DNA from: Chloroflexota bacterium
Lineage (GTDB): Bacteria; Chloroflexota; UBA6077; SHYK01
Direction of reading: 5' to 3'
Length of the DNA stretch: 64,000 nt
Assembly (NCBI GenBank): GCA_009692845.1
Contig: SHYK01000001.1
Location: forward strand, 180,400 to 244,399
Both the position numbers and the translations under genes were made by a program. The first letter of the stretch is position 1. Each line of letters begins with the position of its first letter. This document shows, piece by piece, positions 37,697 to 48,862 of this stretch. The notes under the pieces are model-generated. The model had not been told where the DNA came from, did not search any database, and saw only the letters and a program-made list of their open reading frames with translations.

Positions 37697-38623
37697 GTGC
37701 GAAGCGCTGCTCCTGGCTGGGCCAGGAGCGGAAGGGGCTTCTCTATCGCACTCAACCCGATCACGAGCGCCCCTCCCCTGGCTGCCCTCGCCTGGGTGGC
37801 TCGGGTGATCGGTAACGGGACCCGGGTGCTTGCCACACGGCGGCTGATTGGCGGAGTGTCCTCCACGATGCACCGTCTCACAGTCGTCGATACGCGGGGT
37901 CAGCGCCGGAGCGTCGTGCTGCGCAGATGGCTGGACTCGGACAAGGATCCGCCGGCTGCCGAGCGTATCCGCCGCGAAGCGCGACTGCTCGCCTTCGATG
38001 CCGCGGGCACGGAATCAGGTGGTGCACCTGCACTTTTGATGACTCGGGTCCCGGGGCACGTGCATCTCACGCCACGCGATCCTGATGATTGGCTGCGTCA
38101 GATGGCGTCGATCCTGCCTCGGATCCACGCGGCCCCGATTTCTGCTCCTGCGTACGAGCTGGGATGGGGGTCCTATGAGCCCCGGGTTCCCGATCGGGCC
38201 CGCGACCCGGCGGTTTGGCGTGCGGCTATCGCCGTGGTCCAGGGGCAGCGTGCTCCTCATGAGCCGACCTTCATCCATGCCGATTACCAGCATTTCAATC
38301 TGCTCTGGTCCCGCGAGCGACTCACCGGGCTGGTGGACTGGGTATTCGCTTCGGTCGGGCCACGGGACGTTGATGTAGGGCACTGCCGTCTCAACCTCGC
38401 CATCTTGTTTTCACCTGATTGGGCGGAGCGGTTTCGGCAGGCCTATGAGGCGGAGGCGGGGCGCAAGGTCGATCCGTGGTGGGACCTGGCCGAGCTTCTC
38501 TACTACTCCGCAGATTGGGAGACTTTTATCCCGTTGCAGGTGGGGCGGCGTGCCGTGGTCGATCGGGCCGGCATGACCGAGCGGGTTGAGGATCTGCTCG
38601 TCGCCGCTCTGAGACGTCTTTAG
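37697..38623 (+). CDS. aminoglycoside/phosphotransferase (APH) family kinase
   Basis: Brenner-like motif IHADYQHFNLLW...LVDWVFASVGPRDVDVGHCRL. Start uncertain (GTG 37697, or downstream ATG). Confidence 0.5.
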   Translation: MRSAAPGWARSGRGFSIALNPITSAPPLAALAWVARVIGNGTRVLATRRLIGGVSSTMHRLTVVDTRGQRRSVVLRRWLDSDKDPPAAERIRREARLLAFDAAGTESGGAPALLMTRVPGHVHLTPRDPDDWLRQMASILPRIHAAPISAPAYELGWGSYEPRVPDRARDPAVWRAAIAVVQGQRAPHEPTFIHADYQHFNLLWSRERLTGLVDWVFASVGPRDVDVGHCRLNLAILFSPDWAERFRQAYEAEAGRKVDPWWDLAELLYYSADWETFIPLQVGRRAVVDRAGMTERVEDLLVAALRRL

Positions 38624-38710
38624 ATCGAGAGGTACAGGGCCTCTGAACTCGCCCGACGCTGGCTGCCTGCCCGCAGAGGTATAACCGAGCGAAACCGGAA
38701 GGAGGATGAC

Positions 38711-39907
38711 ATGGCTACGCAGGTGGCGACCAAGTTCAACGTCGGCGGCGTGTTGCTCGATCAGCCTTTCAAGATCCGTCGGTTGGGGCATTTCGGGCTC
38801 AATCTGACTCATTTTGACGAGGGTGTCCGTTTTTGGTCAGATCTCCTGGGATTCAAGATCTCCGATGAGGGGGCGAATGGCTGTTTTCTCCGCTATGGAA
38901 GCGATCATCACGCACTAAACCTGGGGCGGCAGCGGCCGATCGAGGATCGGCGGTCCGAAGCCGAAGCGGCCGGTCGCCGATTTCAGTTGGACAACAACAT
39001 CAACCAGATCACCTGGCAGACCCAGAGCCTCAGTGAGCCGGTCGCGGCGGTCGACTATTTTGCCGAGCGGGGCATCGAGCTGCGGCGCACCGGGCGCGAT
39101 GGCGCGGGCTCCAACTGGGCCACTTACTTCTATGACCCGGACGGGCACATCAACGAGTTCTACTACGGGATCGAGCAGATCGGTTGGGACGGATATTCCA
39201 AGCCAGCCGAGTATCGAAGGCCGGTCCGCGAAAAGGTCCGGCTCCCGGTGCCGTCAGAGCTCGACGAGATCAATGAATCGCTGGCGACTGGCGTTGCGCC
39301 GAACAGCGGCTACCGATTCGCGGAGAAGCTGCCGTCGCGCTACGACGTCGACGGGATCATGCTGCCTCGCCCGTTCAAGATCGTGAAGCATGGACCGGTA
39401 AGCATCTTTGTCGAGGATGTGGAACGCGCGTGCGCCTTCTACACGAGGGATATCGGCTTCGAGCTCACCGAAGAGGTGGTCTGGGAAGGCGAGCGATGCT
39501 GCTTCTTGCGCTGCAACACTGAGCATCACTCCCTGGGGTTGTTCCCCCGGACCTTGCGGTCCAGGCTCGGGCTCAGCGCGGAGACAACCTGCATGTCGTT
39601 TGGCTTGCAGTTGGCGAACTACCAGCAGATGAGGAACGCGGTGGACTTTCTTCGGGCGCAGGGGGTCCGGGTGGAGACGGACCGGATTCCGCCCGAGCTG
39701 TACCCGGGAATCGACTACTCGGCCTTCGCTTTTGACCCGGATGGCCATTGCGTGCAGCTCTACTACTACATGGAGCAAATCGGCTGGGACGGTACGCCGC
39801 GGCCACGCTCAGCCCGCCGGGAGGTGGACCCGATGCACTGGCCGGAAGCGCTCGAGCCGCTCAGCGACACGTTCAAGGGAGAACCGTTCATCGGCCCCTG
39901 GGGTTAG
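38711..39907 (+). CDS. VOC (glyoxalase/extradiol dioxygenase) superfamily protein with internal tandem duplication
   Basis: Two ~195-aa halves each start ...RLGHFGLNL... / ...HGPVSIFVED... and end YYGIEQIGWDG / YYYMEQIGWDG. AAGGAGG RBS before ATG 38711. Confidence 0.6.
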   Translation: MATQVATKFNVGGVLLDQPFKIRRLGHFGLNLTHFDEGVRFWSDLLGFKISDEGANGCFLRYGSDHHALNLGRQRPIEDRRSEAEAAGRRFQLDNNINQITWQTQSLSEPVAAVDYFAERGIELRRTGRDGAGSNWATYFYDPDGHINEFYYGIEQIGWDGYSKPAEYRRPVREKVRLPVPSELDEINESLATGVAPNSGYRFAEKLPSRYDVDGIMLPRPFKIVKHGPVSIFVEDVERACAFYTRDIGFELTEEVVWEGERCCFLRCNTEHHSLGLFPRTLRSRLGLSAETTCMSFGLQLANYQQMRNAVDFLRAQGVRVETDRIPPELYPGIDYSAFAFDPDGHCVQLYYYMEQIGWDGTPRPRSARREVDPMHWPEALEPLSDTFKGEPFIGPWG

Positions 39908-39938
39908 GCCAGGCTGTACCTTGCCAGGAACGCGACAC

Positions 39939-39975
39939 AAAAAAGAGCCCTCGCGGTAGCGAGGGCTCTTTTTTG
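39939..39975. terminator. bidirectional rho-independent terminator (AAAAAGAGCCCTCGC-GGTA-GCGAGGGCTCTTTTTT)
   Basis: Perfect 13-bp stem flanked by an A-run and a T-run, between convergent VOC (+) and ferredoxin (-) genes. Confidence 0.7.
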
Positions 39976-39985
39976 TGTCTGAACT

Positions 39986-40228
39986 CTATCGCTTAAAGAA
40001 GTCCAGATTGATCTGGATGAACTGCTTCCATTCGTCGGGCACGTCGCTGTCGGCACGGATTGCTTCGACGGGACAGACGGGCTCGCAGGCGCCACAGTCG
40101 ATGCAGACGTCTGGATCAATGAAGTACTGGTTTGCGTCGTCGGTGCTATGGATGCAGTCAACCGGGCAAGCCTCGACGCAGGATGCATCTTTGACGTCGA
40201 TGCAGGGCTGGCAGATGACGTAAGTCAC
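39986..40228 (-). CDS. fdxA: 7Fe ferredoxin ([3Fe-4S][4Fe-4S], FdxA type)
   Basis: MTYVICQPCIDVKDASCVEACPVDCI...CIDCGACEPVCPVEAI; 80 aa. Confidence 0.85.
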   Translation of the reverse strand: MTYVICQPCIDVKDASCVEACPVDCIHSTDDANQYFIDPDVCIDCGACEPVCPVEAIRADSDVPDEWKQFIQINLDFFKR

Positions 40229-40322
40229 TGCGATTCTCCTCGAAAAGGTTTAATCGAAACGGCGAAGCGTACTTTACGGTCCCCGTGCGCGCGCGTCAAC
40301 CCAGGCGCGATTAGCCATAGCG

Positions 40323-40370
40323 GTTCAGCGATTTTGTGCTGAATCAACAGTTCAGCAATTTGTCCTGAAC
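40323..40370. promoter_or_regulatory. two tandem palindromic operator-like sites (GTTCAGCgattttgtGCTGAA ; GTTCAGcaatttgtcCTGAAC) upstream of fdxA
   Basis: Two 21-bp units 6 bp apart, each a 6-bp inverted repeat with a 9-bp AT-rich spacer. They lie 95-140 bp upstream of the ferredoxin start. Confidence 0.4.
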
Positions 40371-40384
40371 GCGATTCGCGAGGA

Positions 40385-41212
40385 TCAGGCGCGGCTCTTG
40401 CGGAGAAGGTTTACCAGCGCAAGCAGGTCTGGCACCCGAATATCCGGTGACGGGCCGTCGCTTCCGACCCATTGATCGCTGCCGACCAGGATCGTGGTGA
40501 TCCCGGCCGCGAACCCCGCACTGATGTCCGATTGGAGCTGGTCTCCGGCAATGGCCGTAGTGGAAGGCTCGGCACCCAACCGGGCCATGGCTACGCGAAG
40601 CAGGGTCGGAAAGGGTTTGCCAACGATGTCGGGATCGCGTCCGCTGGCGGTCCGGAGGGCGGCGACGATCGCGCCGGCGCCGGGCCACCAGAGTCCGCCT
40701 TCGACCGGCAGCCCCGGATCCGCGTTGGTGGCGATGAATCGAGCGCCAGCGTGGAGCGCCACGCAGGCTCGGGCCAGCCGGTCATAGGTAAGCGTGCGAT
40801 CGAGCCCGACCGCGACACAGCTCACGGATTCGTCGGCGAGCTCGAATCCCGCGTTCCGGAGCGCCGACCGGAGCCCATCCTCGCCCACCACGAGAACCCG
40901 GCTGCCGGCCGGTTCGAGGGTTAGCAAGTAATCGGCCGTCGCCCCGGAGCTCGTGACGACCTGGGAGGGGAGCGCCGGAACCGACATCTGGTTGAGCTTC
41001 TCAGCCACCGACTCGGGCGTAAGCGTGGAGTTGTTGGTTACGAATGCGTGCTTGATGCCCATTTCGGCGAGGGCCGGCAGAATCTCCTGGGCCCCGGGCA
41101 GGGACGTGTTGCCCCGATACATCACACCGTCGAGGTCGAGAAGGAGCGTCTGGAGGGCAGACAGCCGGTCGTTCGGAAGCTCATTCCACGAAGGCTGGGT
41201 CAGGTCGGCCAT
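40385..41212 (-). CDS. HAD-IIA family hydrolase (NagD/4-nitrophenylphosphatase-like)
   Basis: LLLDLDGVMYRG (DxDGxxY motif I); FVTNNS; C-terminal GDQLQSDI (motif IV). 275 aa. Confidence 0.7.
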   Translation of the reverse strand: MADLTQPSWNELPNDRLSALQTLLLDLDGVMYRGNTSLPGAQEILPALAEMGIKHAFVTNNSTLTPESVAEKLNQMSVPALPSQVVTSSGATADYLLTLEPAGSRVLVVGEDGLRSALRNAGFELADESVSCVAVGLDRTLTYDRLARACVALHAGARFIATNADPGLPVEGGLWWPGAGAIVAALRTASGRDPDIVGKPFPTLLRVAMARLGAEPSTTAIAGDQLQSDISAGFAAGITTILVGSDQWVGSDGPSPDIRVPDLLALVNLLRKSRA

Positions 41213-41925
41213 CAGGGCAAAACTCGGAGGCCGATGAAGGACACGAGGGCCATCAGCGCGCCGATTCCACCGGAACGGAGGCCGATCTGAATGGCGGCGT
41301 CGAAGAAAAATCCCTGTGGGAAGAGCTGAATCAAGCGGTCCCGAGAGGGGTCAAGCAACCAGAGATCGTTCGCGAAGCTCAAGGAATGAAAAAGGAGGAA
41401 GAGTCTTCCGAAGTCTACGAAGGAACCCAGGGCGAGCAAGCCGATCAGAATTGCGGTGATGCCCCCGCCAACGCCGGCCGCGAGAATCAATGTCGACAGG
41501 GCCGCCCCTCGGTCAAATAGCGCGACCGCGCCCCCACCTAGAAGGAGCAAGACCAGTGCGAGCCAGCCGGCCCGAAACACGACTTGCATGATCGACTGAA
41601 CGTCTTGCATGTGGGCGATCTCGCGCTCGTTGAACAGAACGATGGTTCCTTGTGAGCGGCTGACCTGTGCATTCAGCGTTTGATCTCCGGAGCTAAAATA
41701 CTGAATGAACGCCTGGGCGACCTGCGACAGCTCGGCTTCGGAGAAGCCGGTCACCTGGCCGACGCCGTAGCGGGCGAATTCATGGAGATAGAAGGACTCG
41801 TTCATCGTTACCGAGCGCACCGCGCTGCTTACTAGCAGTAGGGGAATCCCGAGAACGATGAGGACGGTGGCCATGCCCCGGATCAAAGCCGCGGGTGACT
41901 CCAAAGCGGAGCTAACTGCGGGCAC
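41212..41925 (-). CDS. integral membrane protein (TIGR01906/DUF1461-like)
   Basis: 237 aa; N-terminal TM; ...NESFYLHEFARYGV...; several C-terminal TM segments. Stop overlaps the HAD start. Confidence 0.35.
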   Translation of the reverse strand: MPAVSSALESPAALIRGMATVLIVLGIPLLLVSSAVRSVTMNESFYLHEFARYGVGQVTGFSEAELSQVAQAFIQYFSSGDQTLNAQVSRSQGTIVLFNEREIAHMQDVQSIMQVVFRAGWLALVLLLLGGGAVALFDRGAALSTLILAAGVGGGITAILIGLLALGSFVDFGRLFLLFHSLSFANDLWLLDPSRDRLIQLFPQGFFFDAAIQIGLRSGGIGALMALVSFIGLRVLP

Positions 41926-41996
41926 GAAAAGTCTCGATCATGGGGCCGTCGGCAAGCGCCAGGGGGCACCCGGGGAGCCAGTTTCGCCTTCGATGC

Positions 41997-42290
41997 TCAG
42001 AATGCGGGTATCTCCTCGATCTCGATGGCGACCAATTCGGCGTCGAGTCTCGACTCCTCGATGGAACGAAGGGCCCGCTCGATTACCTGGCGGGCGTGCT
42101 GAGCCTGGTTCGAAACCACTGCCAGGCCGATCGCAGCGATCTGGTGCCGATCTAATTCATCGATTTCCGCGGCGCTAATGTGAAATTGATTGTGGAGGCG
42201 GGTGATGACCGATTGGACTACGGCGCGCTTGTCCTTGAGCGACTGAGCCGAAGCCAGATGTAGCTCGAAGCGACAGGCGGCGATAAACAA
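41997..42290 (-). CDS. DUF503 (YlxP-like) protein
   Basis: MFIAACRFELHLASAQSLKDKRAVVQSVITRLHNQF...; 97 aa. Confidence 0.55.
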   Translation of the reverse strand: MFIAACRFELHLASAQSLKDKRAVVQSVITRLHNQFHISAAEIDELDRHQIAAIGLAVVSNQAQHARQVIERALRSIEESRLDAELVAIEIEEIPAF

Positions 42291-42388
42291 TGGGCAGCTC
42301 GATTTATCAGGCTTATGGCCGGCATGTTATGGCATTTTGTTTGCATCATGTCGGGGCCGGCGGTGCCGCGGCCAGGACCTCAGGGGTT

Positions 42389-42420
42389 TTGACCCTTCGA
42401 GATCAAAAATCTAGTACAAT
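42389..42420 (+). promoter_or_regulatory. candidate sigma70-like promoter for tRNA-Sec (TTGACC ... TACAAT)
   Basis: TTGACC at 42389-42394 and TACAAT at 42415-42420. The 20-bp spacing is long (alternative -10 TAGTAC at 17 bp). tRNA starts at 42437. Confidence 0.3.
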
Positions 42421-42436
42421 TTGGGCTAAGTATCCT

Positions 42437-42534
42437 GGGGGCGGACGGGTCCCGGTGGGTCTCGCGGTCTTCAAAACCGTTGCGCGGCACTGTAGGGTGT
42501 CGCGGGTGGGTTCGACTCCCATACGCCTCCGCCA
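42437..42534 (+). tRNA. selC: tRNA-Sec (selenocysteine tRNA, anticodon UCA)
   Basis: 98 nt. Acceptor GGGGGCGG / ...CGCCTCC, discriminator G plus encoded CCA. Anticodon arm CGGT-CUUCAAA-ACCG (UCA). Long variable arm. T-arm GGTTCGACTCC identical to E. coli selC. Confidence 0.75.
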
Positions 42535-42728
42535 ATAGCCGAAAGCCCCTCGGGCCGGTGGGGCGCCGCACACCCTTCCGTCATTGTTGACTCTGGCACT
42601 TGAAGACTTTCCATTTCCAAGGCGGCTATTCCCAAACAGATAAGTAAACCAGACCGAGCGAACCGTAGGAGCGACGTAGTGACTCACCATCTCGCCCTGA
42701 TAGCCAGGCCAGGTACCAAGGTGAAGGC

Positions 42729-45700
42729 GTGACACTGTCTGGTCTGCCTCCGAAGCAGGGTCTGTACGATCCACGGTTCGAGCACGACGCCTGCGGGATC
42801 GGGTTCGTTGTCAACATCAAGGGTGAGAAGTCTCACGCCATCGTTCAGCAGGGCCTTACCGTCTTAGAGAACCTCGATCACCGAGGTGCTTGCGGATGCG
42901 AGGAAAACACCGGGGACGGTGCGGGCATTCTCATGCAAGTCCCTCACGCGTTCTTCAAGCATACCTGCCATGGTCTCGGAGTCGAGCTGCCCGAGCCAAA
43001 TCAGTACGGCGTCGGGATGGTCTTCCTGCCGAACGATCGGGAGCAGCGGCAAGACTTCTCTCAGATCATGGAGTCCATCGTCCGCGAGGAGGGGCAGCGA
43101 GTCCTCGGTTGGCGGCGGGTTCCCACTGACAACTTCTACCTTGGCGACACCGCCAAAGCCTACGAGCCGGTCGTCCGCCAGATCTTTGTTGGGCGTGGCG
43201 AGGGCATCGACGACGACCTGGCCTTCGAACGCAAGCTCTACGTGATCCGGCGACGGGTGGAAAACGCGATTCGGTATGCGGGCTTGCCAGGAAGCGAATC
43301 CTTCTACGTGCCGAGCCTCTCGCACCGCACTGTCGTTTACAAAGGAATGCTGACGCCGCGCCAACTGGCCACTTTCTATCCCGACCTAGTTGACCCACTC
43401 GTCGAGTCGGCCATCGTTCTGATTCATTCGCGCTTCAGCACTAACACATTCCCCAGCTGGGGACGTGCCCACCCGTACCGCTATCTGATCCACAACGGGG
43501 AAATAAACACGCTACGCGGCAACGAGAACTGGATGCATGCGCGTCAGGCGATGCTGTCATCCTCTCTATTCGGCGACGACATGAAGAAGCTGCTGCCCAT
43601 CATCCAGGAAGATGGCAGCGACTCTGCAAAATTTGACAACACGCTCGAGCTCCTCACTTTGAGCGGCCGCCCTCTTGCTCACGCCATGATGATGATGATC
43701 CCCGAGCCCTGGGAGAACCATGACAGCATGGATGAGAAGAAGCGGGCTTTTTATGAATACCACAACAACCTGATGGAGCCGTGGGACGGGCCCGCGTCCA
43801 TAGCTTTTACCGACGGCACCGTGGTGGGCGCGGTACTCGATCGCAATGGTCTGCGCCCCTCGCGCTACTACGTCACCAAAGACGACATGGTGATCATGGC
43901 GTCAGAAGTTGGCGTCCTTGACATCCTGCCCGAACGAGTCTTGGAGAAGCGACGGCTCCAGCCCGGTCGGATGTTCCTGGTCGACACTGCCGAGGGACGG
44001 ATCATCAGCGACGACGAAATCAAGCATCGAATGGCCGACGCGCATCCCTACCGCCAGTGGCTGCAAGACAATGCCGTTCACTTGGATGATCTAGAGGCGG
44101 TCGGGGAGGAGGAGCCTAATGTAGATCACGAGGCAACGCTCCGCCGGCTCCAAGCTTTCGGTTTCAACTTCGAAGACCTGCGCGTCAATATCGGGCCGAT
44201 GGCGCAAGACGGCATCCAGCCAACGGGCTCCATGGGCACCGACACGCCACTCGCTGTTCTGTCTGACCAGCCCCAGCTTCTCTACAACTACTTCAAGCAA
44301 CTGTTTGCGCAGGTGACCAACCCGCCTATCGACCCAATCCGCGAGGAGTTGATCACGTCGACGACCCTCACCCTTGGGTCCGAGGGCAACCTGGTGGATC
44401 CATGGCCCGAGAGCTGCCGGCAACTTCGCCTGTCCCAGCCAATTCTGAAGAACTCTGAACTGGAGAAGCTACGCCGGATTGATCGGCCGGGCATGAAGCC
44501 CGTCACTCTGCCGATTCTGTTCAAACCGAGCGAGGGGACGGCGGGTCTAGAGAGCGCCCTCGAAGGCCTTTTCGAGGCGGCCGACAAGGCGATCGTCGCC
44601 GGCGCGACGATTCTCATCCTCTCCGACAAAGGCGTGGATCGCGAGAGTGCGCCCATCCCCGCGCTGCTCGCGTCGGCCGGTCTCCACCATCACCTGATTC
44701 GGTCCGGGACACGCACGCAAGTTGGCCTTGTGCTGGAGTCGGGCGAGCCGCGCGAGGTCCATCACTTCTGTCTACTGATTGGTTACGGCGTTCAGGCCAT
44801 CAACCCCTACCTCGTCTATGAATGTCTGAGCGACATGATCCACCAGGGCATGCTGAATATGACCTACTACGAGGCGGTCAAGGGCTACATCAAGGCAGCG
44901 CACAAGGGCGTGGTCAAAGTGATGTCCAAGATGGGCACGTCGACCTTCAAGTCGTACTGCGGGGCTCAGATCTTCGAGGCGGTCGGGCTCGGTCAAGAGC
45001 TCGTCGACAAGTACTTCACATGGACGCCGTCGCGGGTGGGCGGCATTGGCCTGGATGAGGTGGCACTGGAAGCCCGGCGGCAGCATGAGAAGGCGTTTCC
45101 GGCTCACTCGCCGAACGGGCACATCCTGGACGTCCACGGCCAATACCAGTACCGGAAAGACGGCGAGCTGCACCTCTTCAATCCGATGACGATTCATCTG
45201 TTGCAAAAAGCGGCGCGGAACAACGACTACGGAGCGTTCAAGCAGTACAGCCACCTGGTTGATGATCAGTCGGAACGCGCGGCAACACTTCGCGGCTTGA
45301 TGGAGCTGAAGTACGCGCAGGACGAGATCCCGATTGACGAGGTCGAGCCGGTCGAGTCTATCGTGAAGCGTTTCAAGACAGGCGCAATGTCCTACGGCTC
45401 GATCAGCAAAGAGGCACACGAGGCGCTGGCCATCGCGATGAATCGCCTGGGCGGCAAGAGTAACACTGGCGAAGGGGGAGAGGACCCGGCTCGCTATGTT
45501 CCTGACCCCAATGGCGACTCGCGGAACAGCGCCATCAAGCAAGTAGCGTCGGGCCGCTTCGGCGTAACTAGCGAGTACCTGACTCAAGCTCGGGAGATCC
45601 AAATCAAAATGTCGCAGGGAGCCAAGCCCGGCGAGGGCGGAGAGTTGCCCGGTCGCAAGGTCTACCCCTGGATCGCGAAGGTCCGGCACTCGACGCCCGG

Positions 45701-47324
45701 GGTAGGCTTGATCTCACCGCCACCGCACCACGACATTTACTCTATCGAGGATCTGGCTCAGCTCATCCACGACTTGAAGAATGCCAACCAACAGGCACGG
45801 ATCAGCGTGAAGCTGGTTTCCGAGGTTGGCGTGGGTACCATCGCCGCCGGTGTCGCGAAGGGCCACGCCGATGTCGTGCTGATCAGTGGCCATGACGGTG
45901 GAACAGGGGCGGCGCCGCAGACGAGCATCAAGTACGCGGGTCTTCCCTGGGAGCTCGGCGTGGCCGAAACCCATCAGACCCTGCTGCTGAACAATCTCCG
46001 CAGCCGTATTGTCGTGGAAGCCGATGGCCAGCTGAAGACTGGACGCGATGTCGTCATCGCCGCCATGCTGGGCGCCGAAGAGTTCGGTTTTGCGACCACG
46101 GCGCTCGTGACGCTCGGCTGCATCATGATGAGGGTCTGCCACCTCGATACCTGTCCGGTCGGCGTCGCGACTCAGAACCCAGAGCTGCGGAAGAACTTTT
46201 CGGGAGACCCATCGTACGTCGTCAATTTCATGCGCTTTATGGCGGAAGAGATGCGCGAGTACATGGCAAAGCTCGGTTTCCGCACCGTCGACGAGATGGT
46301 GGGTCGAGTGGATCGGCTCGAGATGCGGCCGGCCGTGGGTCACTGGAAAGCCAAGGGCCTGGATTACTCGGCCATACTCTACCAGCCGCAGGTCGGCCCG
46401 GAAGTTGGCCGCTATTGTCAGATTCCGCAGAACCATGGCCTGGAGAACGCTCTCGACAACGAGGTCTTGCTCGAGCTTGCTGCGCCCGCACTTGAGCGCG
46501 GGGAGAAAGTCAGGGCCGAGCTCGACATCCGCAATACAAATCGGGTGGTGGGGACGATCCTGGGCAGCGAAGTCACTCGACGCTTCGGTCGCGACGGGCT
46601 GCCGGAGGACACTATTCATTTCCATTTCCACGGTTCTGCCGGTCAGAGCTTCGGGGCTTTCGTGCCTCCAGGGATGACCCTGGAGCTGGAAGGCGATGCA
46701 AACGATTACTTCGGCAAAGGACTCTCGGGCGGGAAGCTCGTGCTCTATCCGCCCGGAGGCTCGACCTTTGCTCCCGAAGAGAACATCATCGTGGGAAACG
46801 TGGCCCTGTACGGGGCCACTGACGGCGCGGCGTACATTCGAGGCGTGGCAGGTGAGCGCTTCGCCGTACGTAACAGCGGCGTTCGCGCGGTTATTGAAGG
46901 GGTCGGCGATCACTGCTGCGAATACATGACGGCCGGCGTGGTGGTTGTTGTGGGGCCGACCGGGCGCAACTTCGCCGCGGGCATGTCGGGCGGCGTTGCG
47001 TTCGTTCTTGACGAGGACGGCACGTTCAAGAGTCGCTGCAACCTCGAGACCGTGGCGCTGGAGCCGCTAGACGAGCGCGACCTGCGGGAGGTCGAGGGAC
47101 TCCTCAAGAACCATGCCAATCACACGGGAAGCGCACGCGCCTGGCAGCTGCTCGCTTTGTGGGAGGAGACAGCGCCGAAGTTCGTCAAGGTCATGCCAAG
47201 GGATTACCGGCGCGTGCTCGAAGCGATCCAGAAAGCCGAAGCCAGCGGTCTCACTGGCGACGAAGCAATGATGGCGGCCTTCGAGGCGAACAAGAGCGAC
47301 GCCGCGCGAACAAGCGGTAACTAG
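42729..47324 (+). CDS. gltB: glutamate synthase large subunit
   Basis: 1531 aa. N-terminal amidotransferase CGIGFV; FMN/Fe-S central domain; C-terminal GXGXG domain ([17 protein letters not shown]). GTG start. Confidence 0.9.
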   Translation: MTLSGLPPKQGLYDPRFEHDACGIGFVVNIKGEKSHAIVQQGLTVLENLDHRGACGCEENTGDGAGILMQVPHAFFKHTCHGLGVELPEPNQYGVGMVFLPNDREQRQDFSQIMESIVREEGQRVLGWRRVPTDNFYLGDTAKAYEPVVRQIFVGRGEGIDDDLAFERKLYVIRRRVENAIRYAGLPGSESFYVPSLSHRTVVYKGMLTPRQLATFYPDLVDPLVESAIVLIHSRFSTNTFPSWGRAHPYRYLIHNGEINTLRGNENWMHARQAMLSSSLFGDDMKKLLPIIQEDGSDSAKFDNTLELLTLSGRPLAHAMMMMIPEPWENHDSMDEKKRAFYEYHNNLMEPWDGPASIAFTDGTVVGAVLDRNGLRPSRYYVTKDDMVIMASEVGVLDILPERVLEKRRLQPGRMFLVDTAEGRIISDDEIKHRMADAHPYRQWLQDNAVHLDDLEAVGEEEPNVDHEATLRRLQAFGFNFEDLRVNIGPMAQDGIQPTGSMGTDTPLAVLSDQPQLLYNYFKQLFAQVTNPPIDPIREELITSTTLTLGSEGNLVDPWPESCRQLRLSQPILKNSELEKLRRIDRPGMKPVTLPILFKPSEGTAGLESALEGLFEAADKAIVAGATILILSDKGVDRESAPIPALLASAGLHHHLIRSGTRTQVGLVLESGEPREVHHFCLLIGYGVQAINPYLVYECLSDMIHQGMLNMTYYEAVKGYIKAAHKGVVKVMSKMGTSTFKSYCGAQIFEAVGLGQELVDKYFTWTPSRVGGIGLDEVALEARRQHEKAFPAHSPNGHILDVHGQYQYRKDGELHLFNPMTIHLLQKAARNNDYGAFKQYSHLVDDQSERAATLRGLMELKYAQDEIPIDEVEPVESIVKRFKTGAMSYGSISKEAHEALAIAMNRLGGKSNTGEGGEDPARYVPDPNGDSRNSAIKQVASGRFGVTSEYLTQAREIQIKMSQGAKPGEGGELPGRKVYPWIAKVRHSTPGVGLISPPPHHDIYSIEDLAQLIHDLKNANQQARISVKLVSEVGVGTIAAGVAKGHADVVLISGHDGGTGAAPQTSIKYAGLPWELGVAETHQTLLLNNLRSRIVVEADGQLKTGRDVVIAAMLGAEEFGFATTALVTLGCIMMRVCHLDTCPVGVATQNPELRKNFSGDPSYVVNFMRFMAEEMREYMAKLGFRTVDEMVGRVDRLEMRPAVGHWKAKGLDYSAILYQPQVGPEVGRYCQIPQNHGLENALDNEVLLELAAPALERGEKVRAELDIRNTNRVVGTILGSEVTRRFGRDGLPEDTIHFHFHGSAGQSFGAFVPPGMTLELEGDANDYFGKGLSGGKLVLYPPGGSTFAPEENIIVGNVALYGATDGAAYIRGVAGERFAVRNSGVRAVIEGVGDHCCEYMTAGVVVVVGPTGRNFAAGMSGGVAFVLDEDGTFKSRCNLETVALEPLDERDLREVEGLLKNHANHTGSARAWQLLALWEETAPKFVKVMPRDYRRVLEAIQKAEASGLTGDEAMMAAFEANKSDAARTSGN

Positions 47325-47377
47325 GCCGTCGCCGTTGTCATCAGTGTTTTCAAGCGTCTCTTGGAGAGCCACAGCTA

Positions 47378-48862
47378 ATGGGTAAGGTCACGGGATTCAT
47401 GGAATATTCGCGGGAGCTCCCGCCCGATCGCTCCCCCCTTGTGCGAATCAAAGATTGGCGCGAGTTCCATGAGCACTTTGATGAGGCAAGGCTGCGCCAG
47501 CAGGGCGCGCGCTGCATGGACTGTGGCATCCCCTTCTGCCATTCGGGAGAGCTGATCAGTGGCATGGCGGCGGGTTGCCCAATCAACAATCTGATTCCCG
47601 AATGGAACGACCTGGTCTATCGAGGCCTCTGGCGCGAAGCTCTGGAACGGCTCCACAAGACCAATAATTTCCCCGAGTTCACTGGGCGGGTGTGCCCAGC
47701 ACCCTGCGAAGGCTCCTGCGTCCTCGGGATCAACGAGCTGCCGGTCACGATCAAGAACATCGAGTCTTCGATCATCGATCGGGGCTTCGCGGAGGGATGG
47801 GTTACTCCCGAGCTGCCTGCCAGTCGGACCGGCAAGAAGGTAGCAGTCGTGGGATCGGGACCCGCGGGCCTGGCTTGCGCCGCGCAGCTTAATCGAGCCG
47901 GACATTCTGTGACCGTCTACGAACGCGCGGATCGCGTCGGCGGGTTGCTGATGTACGGCATCCCCAACATGAAGCTGGACAAGAGTGACGTGCAGCGGCG
48001 CATCGACATCATGGCGGCCGAGGGTGTCGAGTTCGTAACCAGCACCGCCATCGGGAGCGATATTCCAGGTGAGAAACTGAAGGAAGACTTTGACGCCGTG
48101 GTTCTTTGCGCCGGCGCGACTCAGCCTCGCGATCTGCCTATCCCCGGTCGGGATCTCAAAGGCATCCACTTCGCGGTTGAGTTTCTCCACGCCAACACGA
48201 AGAGCTTCCTGGATTCGAAGCACGCCGACGGGAATTACATCTCCGCGAAAGACAAGGACGTAATCGTCGTCGGCGGCGGGGACACTGGCACCGACTGCGT
48301 CGGCACCGCCATGCGGCATGGTTGCAGGACTCTAACGCAGGTAGAGATCCTGCCGCGTCCCGCAGATGCCCGCCCGTCAGACAACCCGTGGCCGGAGTGG
48401 CCTCGCGTCTACAAGTTGGACTACGGACAGGAAGAGGCGAAAGAGCGTTTCGGCGCGGATCCTCGGGTCTACCTGACCACGGGAGAGAGGTTCGTGGGCG
48501 ACGATCGGGGCAACGTCAAGGAGCTGCTTGCATACGAGGTTGAGTGGGCACGAAACGAGCAGGGAGCCTTCGTCCCCAAGCGCATGCTGGGTTCCGACCG
48601 AGTGCTGAAAGCGGATCTGGTGCTGCTGGCGATGGGCTTCCTCGGACCCGAGGACACGGTTTTAAACCAGCTCGGTGTTGAGCGCGACCCACGCTCCAAC
48701 GCCAGGGCGGAGTACGGACGGTTTGCGACGAACGTAACCGGCGTGTACGCAGCGGGCGATTGTCGCCGAGGCCAGAGCCTCGTGGTGTGGGCCATCAATG
48801 AGGGGCGTGGCGCGGCGCGGGAATGCGATCGTTTCCTCATGGGCAGCACAAATCTGCCGTAG
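47378..48862 (+). CDS. gltD: glutamate synthase small subunit (NADPH-dependent)
   Basis: 494 aa. Fe-S Cys motifs ...[10 protein letters not shown]...; FAD/NAD motifs [30 protein letters not shown]. Confidence 0.9.
   Translation: MGKVTGFMEYSRELPPDRSPLVRIKDWREFHEHFDEARLRQQGARCMDCGIPFCHSGELISGMAAGCPINNLIPEWNDLVYRGLWREALERLHKTNNFPEFTGRVCPAPCEGSCVLGINELPVTIKNIESSIIDRGFAEGWVTPELPASRTGKKVAVVGSGPAGLACAAQLNRAGHSVTVYERADRVGGLLMYGIPNMKLDKSDVQRRIDIMAAEGVEFVTSTAIGSDIPGEKLKEDFDAVVLCAGATQPRDLPIPGRDLKGIHFAVEFLHANTKSFLDSKHADGNYISAKDKDVIVVGGGDTGTDCVGTAMRHGCRTLTQVEILPRPADARPSDNPWPEWPRVYKLDYGQEEAKERFGADPRVYLTTGERFVGDDRGNVKELLAYEVEWARNEQGAFVPKRMLGSDRVLKADLVLLAMGFLGPEDTVLNQLGVERDPRSNARAEYGRFATNVTGVYAAGDCRRGQSLVVWAINEGRGAARECDRFLMGSTNLP

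Noticed and set aside
42437-42534. Possible tmRNA (GGGG start, GGTTCGACTCC...GCCA end)
   Set aside because: Only ~98 nt with no room for the mRNA-like domain or pseudoknots. Anticodon loop CUUCAAA and long variable arm fit tRNA-Sec instead.
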